Origin: Klebsormidium nitens
Lineage: Eukaryota > Plantae > Klebsormidiophyceae
Reading direction: 5' to 3'
Assembly (NCBI GenBank): GCA_000708835.1
Contig: DF237178.1
Span: 1 to 64,000, forward strand
DNA length: 64,000 bases
Positions 12,201 to 25,974 of the stretch are shown here, one piece after another; the stretch's first letter is position 1; every line of letters begins with the position of its first letter. Position numbers and translations under genes: made by a program. Below the pieces are notes generated by a model. That model did no database searches. It was not told where the DNA came from and saw only the letters and a program-made list of their open reading frames with translations.

Positions 12201-15044
12201 AGCCGCCAACTGACGACCTCATGGAGCAGCGGCCCGTGGGGCGCAGGTGAGAAATCAAAACAAAACTTATGGTTAACGAATAGACTTACCGAAACCCATC
12301 TAATGCCGTGTGCTTGATTCCAATCGCGACACACAAGAGTGTGTCTGCGTTTGCTCAGATCTTCTAGAAGCCGTTTCCATCATGTCAAACGCAGCCCAAC
12401 AAAGCAATCAACGCGGTAAGGACGTGTGCTGTACAAAGGATCCCCGGCCAAGTCTTCAACTACACTGCCTCGGGCGCTAACCCACTCTTGAACCCGTATC
12501 GCAGGGAAGCGCTCGTGACGATTGTGTGATGCTTTGCACCGCCATTTCAGATTTGTGGACCACGTCCGCTTTCCTTGACCAAGTGGGGTCAATAACTCTA
12601 GCTCGAACAGCAGGGAACCGCTCGTGACGAACGTGATGCTTTGCACCGCCGTTGCAAACTTTGTGAACCACTGCCGCTTTTCCTAACCAACTGAGGTTAA
12701 AGCTCTAAACACGACTTGCAGGGAACCGCTGGTAACGAACGTGATGCTTTGCCCCGCCGTTTCGAATCAATCTAAACCACTGTCCAGTTTCTTTTACCAA
12801 CTGGGGGTTAAATGCCTTAACCCGGAATTGCAGGGAACCGCTCGTGACGAACGTGATGCTGCGCAACATTCTGGGGCAGTCGGTGTACCAGCTGGCGGTG
12901 CTTCTGACGCTCCAGTTCGGCGGGGGGGGTATCTTTGGGCTGCACGAAACAGAGCGAAGAGACCCCACGGGAGAGCACAAAACGCATGCGCAAAAGGAGC
13001 AGATCACGCTGATCTTCACGGCCTTCGTTTTGTGTCAGGTGCGGCGTTCTGGTTTCAAAGGCTTTTTATCCTATGAACCGTTGGTTTTGTGGTTCAAATA
13101 GGCCAATGGAATCACTGCGGCCATGGTCGGATAGGGACAGAAGCAAGGTGACAAGCAAGTCCAACACGGCCTTGTTTGCAATTCTTTCTTGCTGCCGTTT
13201 GGACTGCCTCCATCCGCGAACCAAGAGCACAAACATGTAAGGAACGCCGGAGACTCTCCTGTTGCCCAAGCCTCAAGGTCGACACGCTCTACAAATTGTG
13301 AACGCCCTTGTTTTGAGTCGATTAACCAGAATAAAATGTGGATGGCAGTGCTGCCTTTACGGACGATCCACTGCATTTCGCACTTTGATGCGTTACCCGT
13401 AGCGGACGGTACAGGAAGTTGTCGCTGCTAACCAGCCTAGTTACCAGACTTGAGTCTCAGATCATCGGACAGAGAAGCGGTCTGCACAGTTGCTCCGAAG
13501 CTCGTTATCGCCCAAGTCTTTTTGTTGGACACATAACCACTTCATAACCAGCCCTTAACTATCCGTGGTTACCGGCTGCAAATCGTGCGGGAATCTCCAG
13601 TCGCTTCTCGAGTCGCTTTTGAGTGGGACGCACGCGTGCATGCTTCCTAGCTGCGCCCTTTCATTGTAGGACTTGTCTGCGTTTCCGCGTTATTGTTGTG
13701 GCTTGGGTTCAAAAGGGGTCTGTTTTGTTCGCAGGTCTTCAACGAGATCAACTGCAGACGGCCGAACAAGTTCAACGTCTTCCAGGGGCTGTTCACCAAC
13801 ATGCTTTTCCTCACCGTTCTAGTTGTCACCGTCGTTGGCCAGGTGAGACGAAGCCACGTGCTTCCGACTCTCATTAAGCACGCGACTCAAACTGACTCGT
13901 ATGCATTTGCGCCAGCATGATGGTAGTGCTCAACAGAATATCTTTTTCCACTAATTTGGCAGATAGCGTTGAAGTGTTTGCATAAGAGCGTTTCATTGTT
14001 CAAAACCTCAAGCGTCAACGCCTTCACTTTAGCAAGTGCGCTGTACTGGTTGCACCAAAGCGGTACATCATTCCACCAAGTTGCATTGGTTAAAGTGTAG
14101 TGCACAATCTGGATTTGCTAGAAAAGAGTTTTGAATCTTGAGAAAACGCAGAAGCTGAGCAAAGCTCTCAGTAAACCGAGACAACGGCTGACGTCATTTG
14201 AGACCCGTGCTCGCAGTTTGTGCTTGTGACGTACGCGGGAGCGTTCGCGACCACCGTTTCTCTGAGCTGGTCCCACTGGCTGATCTGCCTAGGCATTGGA
14301 GCAGTCAGGTGAGCAGAGCAATGATCGAGTATCCAGCTGCTTTCTCGTCGTTACTCTTCGTATCATTCTTCAAACACTGGTTGTCTAGCTATCTAATTAG
14401 TGGCAGAGTCCTCGGTGTAGCTCTCAGTAAAACGTCCACAAGCGACTTTTCTCTGCGTATGTCATGACAAGAATAGCTTGCAGTGTCGCCCTGTCGAGAT
14501 CAAAGCAGCAGAATAGAGTGGAATATCTCATCGATTCGAGGATAGGTAGAGCGGCTGCTTAAAGCCCAGAATGGCTGAGATGAGCACGGCCCCTCAACTC
14601 GACCAAAGCAGAAAATCTGCGGTCTCTGCGGTTTGGGGTAACTCTCCTCCTGGCACAATTTGGCGATCCTTCAGTTTAAGACTTGTCAATTTGACCTCGT
14701 GACAGTCGCTGTGCTTCGACAATCGTGCTAGAAGCCCCTGAAGCAGTCTCTCTGGAGTCCAAGGTTCATACTTTCTGTTTCATTCTTTCTTGCCCTTACG
14801 TCATCCAACAGTGACGTAGTAGGACCTGCAGGATCCGCTTGCTTCAGTGTTGCACCTGTATAACTTGGGCTTATTCCGATCATAGTCCGTCACATGCTGA
14901 CGTGCTGTCGTTTGGTGACATTGCAGCATACCGGTGGACTTCTTAACGAAATTGATTCCGGTTCCGAGGAAGTCTTTGTGGTCGCGCTTTGAAAGGTCCC
15001 GGCAACGGCCGGTTCCTGTGGATGACGAAACTGAGTTGGTTTAG
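3273..15044 (+). CDS. ACA: P2B-type Ca2+-transporting ATPase (ACA/PMCA-like), 18 exons
   Basis: GT-AG exons: 3273-3401, 3628-3759, 4267-4426, 5070-5224, 5764-5997, 6467-6549, 7597-7728, 8271-8397, 8839-9042, 9379-9588, 10094-10324, 10860-11225, 11701-11838, 12146-12246, 12834-13038, 13735-13842, 14217-14308, 14927-15044. Motifs [88 protein letters not shown]. Confidence 0.96.
4911..4959. repeat. Perfect 23-bp direct repeat (period 26) in ACA intron
   Basis: ACGACGTGCTCACCGGTTGAAAA at 4911-4933 and 4937-4959. Confidence 0.9.
7126..7530. repeat. Degenerate ~63-bp intronic tandem repeat with conserved 17-bp core
   Basis: AAACAGAACGGAAGGCC at 7386-7402, 7449-7465 and 7511-7527, plus a degenerate copy near 7130-7152. 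Confidence 0.85.
7986..8310 (+). repeat. Triplicated 3' splice site plus start of ACA exon 8
   Basis: TTCCGCTGTTCCGCAG|GCT at ~7996-8014, ~8121-8139 and ~8255-8273 (the working copy). Confidence 0.9.
12470..12862 (+). repeat. Four-copy ~110-bp tandem array spanning the acceptor and first ~28 nt of ACA exon 15
   Basis: CAG|GGAA(C/G)CGCT(C/G)GT(G/A)ACGA... with the acceptor G at 12504, 12613, 12721 and 12833. Confidence 0.92.
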
Positions 15045-16220
15045 TTTTTCAGAAGAACAAATAGATGGTGAAACAGACTTTCAATAGATAAGAAGACGGG
15101 TGTTGTCAGAAGACAAGACGGCTTGATCAGATGGGTAAAGATAAGACGGGTTCACTTAGAAGCCGAGATGGCTGATTAGATGATGATACGACGGAAGTTG
15201 TTTGATGATGAGTTGAAAGTGGTCATGGCGTCAAGCCACAATGATTGGAAGATGAGGTCGAATAATTGAATATTGAACGCAGCTTAGTAAGCATCTGAGT
15301 GCGATAAACAAGTTGTACAGATTGTGCAAGTACAATTTCAAGTACAAGTTGTACTGATCCAGCTGTAAAGTCAGCGCAATTGAGCTGAACTTCTGATTCA
15401 TGTATAAGAAGCTCTGCGTATGTAGTTTTATTCGCCGATCTTAATACTCCTCGAGAACCATTTGGCGCTGCAGCTATATCCTGTGAGGGCGGTAGCTACG
15501 CTGTACTGCCATAGCATACCTATTGCACGTCAACTGTTGCACCAGGCACAGTACGCATGTTCCGCAGCCGCCTGCTGGAGTTGCAAAGTGGACCGTCTGC
15601 AATCATGCAACAGGCGAGATAATTTGTACTGACGTACTATTACGGTGAACATTGCACACAGCTCTCATCACCTCAGGCATCGTATCTGACGGTGGCCAGT
15701 GTCATGCAACAATCATCGAGCATATGACATATCACTATAATTATCTGCAGTCACTTTGAAACATCCAGCTGGCCTTAAGGCTATGTACTTCAGCTTTTTT
15801 CAACTTTTAGATCCAAAAGCTTTATACCATTATGCAGCGCATAGCCAACTTCGCAATGACTGGTTTCTGAGAATTACAGCACCTACGCTCAATCCTCTTG
15901 TAATAGCAAATAGCTGGTCACGTCTGCGCCATCGTGCACGCATGCATGTCAACAATCACTGCTTGCGCCCAGTCCTACTTCAGTTTTCTAATCATAACAC
16001 ACACGCCTAAGAAGGCTCGTGAAACTCCATGACATGCTTAACCGGGCAGAGCAAACATGTGAGGCACTCTCAACTCAGATCATCGAGCAATGCGTGTGAA
16101 CATCTGGCACTGAAGTGTCAAGACCAGGCAAACGGTATTAGGCTCAAATGAACCAACTTTATACCAAGTACACTTCTCCCCGTCACTACTGGCTTCACTC
16201 GGATGCTTTCGACAAACCAC

Positions 16221-18187
<1,967 letters not shown>

Positions 18188-18752
18188 GGCTGCAGGCTTT
18201 CAAACCTCTGGCGCTCGGCCAACCTAGCTTGCGCAACCCCCTGCGAGGCGCCCGCTTCGTCAACGCAAGAAGCTGGGAAAGAGGACGAAGAAGGAACCTG
18301 CTCTCCGCCTGAGCTTCCTTCACCGGAAGTTCAGTTGGTCGCCAGCACGCAAAGAGAAGCGTCCGTCAAACGTCACCTAGCGGCGAGCCAGGCCTACAAA
18401 GGCTGTAAATATCTTCCTCTGCATTGAAAGCTGGAGGGCTCAAAAACGGCTTTCGACGGCCAGTTACGCGGCGACCTCCGCAAGAAGTTCAAAGAGAAGG
18501 GCCCACGTCGCCTCCCTGGCAAACTGATCTCAAAAGTGAACCGGGAAGATCAGTTCGCGAACAGGGAACTCAAGAGTTGCTAGCTGGCCACTTTTGAGCC
18601 TCAGCTGAGCGCTCATGAGCTGATCAAGCTGGCAGTTGATGGGCCAAGCGAGCCCAGCAACTCTCAAAAGGCTTTTGAGGCACAAACAGAAAAGTCACAG
18701 GATTTGAGAAAGGCAGGGGTGGTCAGCTTGGCATTCGCTCTGCAGGAGCAGC
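18188..18752. promoter_or_regulatory. Putative shared bidirectional promoter, RPS13 / UVDE
   Basis: Divergent start codons only 565 bp apart. No specific motif was verified. Confidence 0.5.
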
Positions 18753-21700
18753 ATGCGTTTTGCATCACGGGCGTGCATGCTTCAGAGCTGGGCTTTTGCT
18801 CACAGTTGCGTTGCCCGCACGCTTGGCACGCCGCTTCTAGCACCATCTGCGAGTTCCCGCACTTCTCAAGCTGCACAATTTGGTACTTGGAGCCTCAATT
18901 CTGGCGCATCGAGCTTGCAAGTTTCTCTGAAAAGAGCGAGCTTCAGTTCAATGAGCTCAGTTTGCGTAGCCTCATCTTGCAGAGTTCTGCCTTCCTCCAG
19001 TCTTGGTCAGGGTGCTTCGATTGGACACTCGGTCCCTTCAGTATTCAAGCATCTTAGCTGTGCTTTGACAAACATGCCCCGCCGCAAAGCTGCGTCACTG
19101 CCAAATGCGAGCCCCCTTCCGGGCGCAACTCTGGGGCAGCCTGTTGCTGCGAAGACTGTGCATGTGAGCACGACCCTAGTCACTGAAGAGCAGACAGTAC
19201 ATGCAAGTCCAGGGAGACGCAAGCTGGTAATTGGGAAAGCCGGACGCTCTCCAAAGACGCCAACAGCTATGACTCCTTCCTTAGGGGCCCTGGGGGGTGC
19301 TGCAGGAGTAACCCCTTCTGTAGGGGCTTTTGGGGGGGTGGCGCTTCCAGGAACTAAGAAAGGAGAGCATGTGGTGAGTGCAAAGAAAGCGAGCAGGTCT
19401 ACGGTTGTCGCGCAAAGCATGATGTCGTCTGAGGTCACAATCAAGACGGGCGCGGGGGGGACGAGGACTGGGAAGAGGGCACGGAGCGCCAGGAGAAATG
19501 TGCACAGCGCCGCGGTGAGGGAGCTCCTGCCGCAGGAGAAACTAGAGGAGGATGAAGACTGCGGGCTCACGCATGCGCAGGCGGAGTACCTGCGCGCGCA
19601 GATTGAGAAGACGTTTGGGCCCGATGAACCGGGGTTAAAGGGCAAGGGTTTAGGAGATGATTACCTGGAGGGGGGAAGAGAGGAGACTCCAAAGCCAAAG
19701 CCTAAGGCTAAGGCCAGGGTTTCGAAGAAGTCAGTTGCTTCTCCGGTGGGGGAGATTGAAGAGCCGGTGAAAGCTAAGAAGGGGGCGAGAAAGGCGGCGC
19801 AGGCGGTAGAGGCCAGCGTTCCTGCTCTGGAGAGTGTCGAAAATGATGTTGCAACCAAAGTGGGGAAGAAGAAGAGATCTAGGAAAGGCGCGGACTTAGA
19901 GGTGCCGGAGGAAACTAGTAATGGGGGAAAGGTGAAGCGGGCCAGGAAGGACGCCCCCAACCGTGTGTGGAGGAATGGGAACACCTTGAGCCCCTGGCGG
20001 TCCATTCCTGCTGACGTCAGCATCGAGGTCAGCGCTGAGGTCAGCGCCGTTGAGATTGTGGAAGATAAGGTAGAGGTTTTTGAACCCAAGGTGGCGAAAA
20101 AGAGGGGCGGAAAGAAGGCTGCGGTTGAAGGGGCTGAACAGATCGCTTCCGCTGGGAACGATGGTGAGATGGATGAGCTCCCAGTCAAGAAGCCAAGGAG
20201 GAGCAAGAAAGCAGTGGTGAAGCCTGAACTAGAGGAGGGAGAAGATGGTGTGGTTGATGATGAAGATGAACCGATTGAAAAGCCAAACCGCAAGAGGAAG
20301 CCGAAGGCGGTCAAGGTGAAAGCGGAGGTTGAAGGGGAGGTCGACGAAGAGGATGAAGCAAAGAAGGCTGCAGAAGAAGAAGAGAAGAAGGCGATCCGGC
20401 AGGAGAAGGCGAGACTGAGGGCAGTGGCAAAGGCTGCTGCAAATGAGGAGGCCTGGTGAGAATACTTGCGTGTGTTCCGATCTTCAGAAGAGCAGTATTT
20501 GGTTGTTGGACCTTATCATAAAAATTCAGCTGCGCATTTTCTCAGGAGGCATCCGAAAGGGTGGTTAGAATAGTGCACCCCGTGATTCTTGAATACCAAC
20601 TATCCCATCTCTTGGTAGCATCAGTGAGTGCGCTTCGAGTTTATTTGGTTGGAAAAGTTAGGTTTTGAAAACATTCAAAGGACTTCTTCGATATTCTAGA
20701 GATTCCAACTTTCTATGCACGTCCTGGGTATGCTAGTCATATTAGCACCACAACGATTCAGATGGAACCGACAATGTAGAAAGCATTGATCAGTGGCGGT
20801 GCTTTTGGATGTGTATTGGCCTCAGAGCGATTGGTGCTCTGTGAACTGTTTTGATTTTAATATGAACGTCATTGTTTAATTGTCCTTGTTTCTGTGCAGG
20901 CTCGAGGAGGACCGGAAGGTCGAGGACGAGCGTCAGCAGTGGCTGAAGACTCTACCGCACGTCTCCTTCACAGACAGTAAGCGTTCCTAGTTCCCGAGAA
21001 CAGCATGTCTTGGGCCGGTTTGGCAATATGGTCTTTTATTTTTGGTCAAATCCGGCGGCTGTCCCACAGAGTTCCTAGGGCTGGCTACTGTAGTTGCTCT
21101 GAGTAATTAAGGCGTTGTTGGGACAGCTTCATGGAGTCCGGGGCTGGCTAGTTGCTTCGAAACTGCAGTTCCGAGGCTAACTCCTCTCGATTTCAACTTC
21201 GGCGACCCTTCTCTTACTCGCCTTCTTCCATAGTATCTCAATTTAGTCTGAAATGAATTAGACGCTTCGTATTGCATCCTTAGACAGAGGGACGTCTCTC
21301 GTTGACGAGTGATACAGTATGAAGACCACGAAGAAAAGTTGGACCTCGATTAACAACTCTTCCCCTTCGGCTTGTCAGGCTTGCGGACGCGCCTGGGGTA
21401 TGCGTGCATCTGCACCGAGTTGCGCATGCTGAAGCCTGCGAGCCGCAGCGTCTTCTGCTCGCGCCACCTTACGCTCAAGACGCTTTCGGAGAAGGGCTCT
21501 GCGGAGGCCAAGCTCCGGGCGCTGCAGGTGAGGGTTTCGACGTACGGGTTACGCAATATCTGTGTTCAGAAATATGAGGGCCGAGAATGTAGACTTGTGG
21601 GTTGCTCAAGAGTTGCCTGGTCAAGCTCCGGGCGATGTAGGTGAGGGTTTCGACGGACGGGTTACACTATATCTGACTCCAACATTCAAGGTCCAAGAAT

Positions 21701-24506
21701 GTAACTTGTGGGTTGCTCACGAGTTGCATGGTCAAACTCCGGGCGGGTTTCGCAGCTTAGGTTACGGGTTTGTGGAGTTCTGGGGTTGGTGTTCTAGGAA
21801 TGGTCAAATCGTGTGCAGCTCGACGGCGTTACAGGTTCTAGAATCTATTCAGGGGTGTTTAATTTGCGGGTTGTTCCAGAGATTGAGCTCCGGGCGCTGC
21901 GAACATGGGCCCACAGGGCGGTGTCAAGTGGTTTTAGAATTCTGGGTTCCATTTTTTTCGACGGCACAATTTTGCGCTTGGCGTTTCTTGGTTATCACCT
22001 TATGGAAACCCCAGGGAAGCAAGCGCTCGCCATCGGTTATCCAGGCTTTTAGTTTCGGGGGTTTGACGGTCTTCTGGTCCAAGTTTTGGCTCCTTATTCC
22101 CAGTGGGTTTTGCATCCATTAGGGTGTCCAGATGGATTTGTTCAAGTTATTGCCTTGAGATTCATATATTGAGCTTGAGCCGAGCGTAGACCTTCGTGCC
22201 AAGCAAGGCGTCGAGTGCCACGGCGGGTCATCCGAATGAGGAGGAGTTCTGCTCGGCGTTTGGCCCCTCGTATCTGTACCACTTTTCTCTCTTCATCGAA
22301 GAAGTTGGTGTTTGCGGGGTACAGGATTGACCCGTTTTTCACCCCCCTTTTCCCCCTTGCAGAACTTGGCGGACCTGAAGACGATCATCGAGTGGAACGA
22401 GCGGCACGGCATCCGCTTCTTCCGCATGTCCTCCCAGATCTTCCCGCACCTCGAGAACCCGCTGGTCACCGAGAAGGACCGGTACGACCTGTCGTTCGCC
22501 CGGGAAACGTTGAGAGAAGTTGGCGATCTGGCTCGGAAGTACGGCCACCGGCTGACGTTCCACCCGAGCCACTTCAACCAGCTGGGGACGGTGCCCGGGA
22601 AAGTGCTGGACGGGACGGTCGCGGACCTGCAGATGCACGCGGACATTCTGGACGCCATGGGCTGCGACCAGGTGCGTCCGAACGCATCTTTGGGGCGTCC
22701 GAAAGGGGCTTTGATCCGTCCGAATGCTGTCTGAGCGAGTCATTGCGATTGTACTTTCAGAGAGGTTTCTTTGAGCGTCAAGTTCAGATTCTCTTTCCCT
22801 AGCTCAGATGGTCTAGTTCCAAAGAGATTCTATTGGGCTTAAAGATTTCCTTTTTTGTTCTGCATTTCCCCCCCTTTTCCCTCTGCCCTTCTCTTGGTGT
22901 TCTTATGATTGTGTGCTGAATCTGTCCGACGCATCCGCTTGTGTTTCTCGCCAGGATTCCGTGCTGATTGTGCACGGCGGCGGCGCATACGGCGATAAGG
23001 ACGCCGCGCTCGAGCGCGTCCGGCAGAACGTCCGGCGGCTTCCGGACAGCATCCGGCGCCGGCTGGTGTTTGAGAACGACGAGAAGGTGTACCACACAAA
23101 CCTGCTGCTCCCGCTCTCCGAAGAGCTCCAGGTATGGTCATCGTTATTCATTTTTTAACCTCTGAATCAATATGCAAGTATTCGGGCGCTTAACGATCTG
23201 CTGACTTTTAAGACCCGTCCTCGCTTTGAAAACGACGAGAAGGCGTACTGCACCAAGCTGCTGCTCCCGCTCTTCGAAGACATTTATGTGCGGTCTTTGT
23301 AACGTTCTCTTAGCTCTTATTGAGGGTGCGTAGGGCGAATTTTCTGAGGACAGTAAATCCTTGGAGGGGTGTGACTAGCACTTGCCCAGGTTGCCCAGGC
23401 GCCTTAGCTTCGTGGACACTTCGCACTGTTGCGTTCAGTCGTGATTCCAGAGTATCAGATTTGTATGCCAACTTGCCTGGCCTGCCATTAGTAGCGATGA
23501 TTCCCGCCTTCTGATGCAGTAAATGCTGCACGGACGCGATGCTTGATTGGGGTGAACAAGCTTGCTTGCTTTCTCCGCAGATCCCCATCTGCGTGGACTA
23601 CTTCCACCACCAATGCTACGGCGAGGACGAGTTCGACATTTACGACCCGGCCCTCACGGCGCGCATCATGAAGGTCTGGCGTGACCGCGGCATGAAGCCC
23701 AAGTGCCACATCAGCGAGCAGGTCGGTTGCCCCCTTGTTGACCGTTTTTCTCCGTTAAATTGAAATTCATTGATGGTCACCAAGGGTTTCTTCGTCCTGA
23801 AAGTTATCGGTTCTTTTGGTCAATTGGTTTGGTCAGGTGCAATTTGTTGTTGGCGCCTCTGCAAGTGGCTCTTGTCTTCTTCTCCACAGTTGACCCACCA
23901 AGTCCCGCTCCTCAAAGGGTCCACCAATTTTACTCCCTTTTCTTGTCAAATGGATCACCTGCACTTCACTGCCTGTGTCGTTGACACGTGGTTTCAAGAA
24001 GTATCTTTGTCAGGAACCTCGTGGGTGTGTTTTCATAAGAAAATTGTAAGGATGCTTCGGGATGTCATTTCGTATTGCGTACCAACTCTCGCCGGGTCAC
24101 GACATGCACCTGGATAGTCCTTGTTCAGCGCTTCTCGATGAGCTCCATTTCAAGGCACCTTGCTTTTTCCGAAAATCCTCCACCCGGCACCTCGAACGAC
24201 TAGACCTGAGCGACAAGTTTCCAGGTTTGCTTAACAAACGCTGTCCGATTTTCACGCCGTCATCGACATTCCTCACCTGCTCTTTGCGGACGTCCGCAGG
24301 CGCCGGACGCTCCAGTGGGCGCCCACTCGGACGCTATCGACGAGCTCCCGGAGAAGCTGCTGGCGATCGCGCGGCAGTACGACATGGACATCATGCTCGA
24401 GAGTAAGGACAAGGAGCAGTCGCTCGGGAAGCTGCTCGTGCGGTACTTCTCGCGGGGGGTGGATGACGGCCGCCTCACGTACGCCCTTAAGTCTGACACT
24501 GCTTAG
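18753..24506 (+). CDS. UVDE: UV-damage endonuclease (UvdE/Uve1/UvsE family) with long charged N-terminal region, 7 exons
   Basis: Exons 18753 (or second ATG 19074)-20455, 20900-20976, 21379-21527, 22363-22671, 22955-23131, 23581-23721, 24300-24506. Family motifs RLGYACI, WNERHGIRFFRMSSQIFP, HRLTFHPSHFNQL, IVHGGGAYGDK, RLVFENDE, VDYFHH, KPKCHISE, GAHSD, DIMLESKDKEQ. Confidence 0.94.
21510..21770 (+). repeat. ~112-bp tandem repeat spanning the end of UVDE exon 3 and its donor site
   Basis: AAGCTCCGGGCGCTGCAG|GTGAGGGTTTCGACG at 21510, AAGCTCCGGGCGATGTAG|GTGAGGGTTTCGACG at 21623, and a degenerate copy at 21734. Confidence 0.88.
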
Positions 24507-25375
24507 GAACAGAGTAATCGAGGAAGTTTAGGCTGGAGCCCTCCGCTTTTCGGAGGTTCGGAAGTGTCATCTTTTTGTTGTAAGGTAGGTAGGCCCGGAG
24601 AGTCTGGGGGCTTTGTTTGTTTAAAATAGAAGTGGAGATCATATGAAATCGGAGGAGTTTTAGTCTGGGTAGTTGGATTGGGAAGGCTTTCCCGTTGCTA
24701 AAAAACATCAAGAAGCAAGCACGCGCACGCATTAGCAAGTCTAGGTGTCCATTCAGTGTGAAGAGACGGTTCGTTGCTTGCGCACGCATAGTCTAAATTG
24801 CATCTAGCTTTCTTGTTCTTTCGCTCTGCTACAAACCATACTGCTTGTAGCCGAGATTAAGACAGTCGATGACGCCACTCCAATAAAACAGAGGGGAAAA
24901 CATTGGATACAGGTCGGAGGTGTTCGAAGTATGCGCTATTTTGGGGACCTGACTCCGGTCGGGTCATCGGACATGTCATGTCTGTACCCGCCGGCCATAT
25001 ATGGTTTGTAGGGACCCGCTTGCATACTGGTCAGCCTCGATCACATAAAATTGAAGCGCAATGAAAAGTTTCGTAGGCGGTTGGTCACGTAGGCCATGCG
25101 GCAGGCATTGACTCCAACAGGCGTGCAGTCGGCATGCAACGCGTCAAAAGATTGCTCCAATAATAGGAGCCCCTTACAGTTATGTTGTAGCTTATGCCCA
25201 ACAAGTAGACTGGAACGATCAAGATAACGTAGTGTAATAGAATGGGCGCAACTCTTTTGACCACGAAATGTTCAGGGGTAGCTAGACGTGCGCTTGCTTA
25301 TGTACGTGTTCACATGCAGCGGGCTGTGGCAACTTGTTTTGAATGTTTTCTTGTTTTCTGATTCAAACATGGTAC

Positions 25376-25699
25376 NNNNNNNNNNNNNNNNNNNNNNNNN
25401 NNNNNNNNNNNNNNNNNNNNNNNNNNNNNNNNNNNNNNNNNNNNNNNNNNNNNNNNNNNNNNNNNNNNNNNNNNNNNNNNNNNNNNNNNNNNNNNNNNNN
25501 NNNNNNNNNNNNNNNNNNNNNNNNNNNNNNNNNNNNNNNNNNNNNNNNNNNNNNNNNNNNNNNNNNNNNNNNNNNNNNNNNNNNNNNNNNNNNNNNNNNN
25601 NNNNNNNNNNNNNNNNNNNNNNNNNNNNNNNNNNNNNNNNNNNNNNNNNNNNNNNNNNNNNNNNNNNNNNNNNNNNNNNNNNNNNNNNNNNNNNNNNNN
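25376..25699. other. Assembly gap (324 N)
   Basis: Run of N bases. Confidence 1.
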
Positions 25700-25974
25700 C
25701 TTCTTGTTACATTGCAGCCAAACAGAGGATGGGCTTTTAGTTTAACCCTCTTCAAACTCAAGCAAGGACACATTTCAAATAAATTTCAGGTCTAGTTGTT
25801 GCCATCAGGAGATGACATAGACGATGTTTATCTTGTCATACCTACCTTATAGTATGTGTCGATGCCAACACGGTGGTGGTATTGAATTCACGTGAATACA
25901 ACAACCACAATTGCAATTTAAGGTGCAAATCAAACAGAGCCGCCATCATTGATGGTCGTCACTTTAGAAAAGTA

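Noticed and set aside
19007-20314. Long minus-strand ORFs (212 and 217 aa)
   Set aside because: Antisense shadows of the GC-rich UVDE first exon. The same applies to the ORFs opposite the ACA, KAC, PAF1 and DPBB exons.
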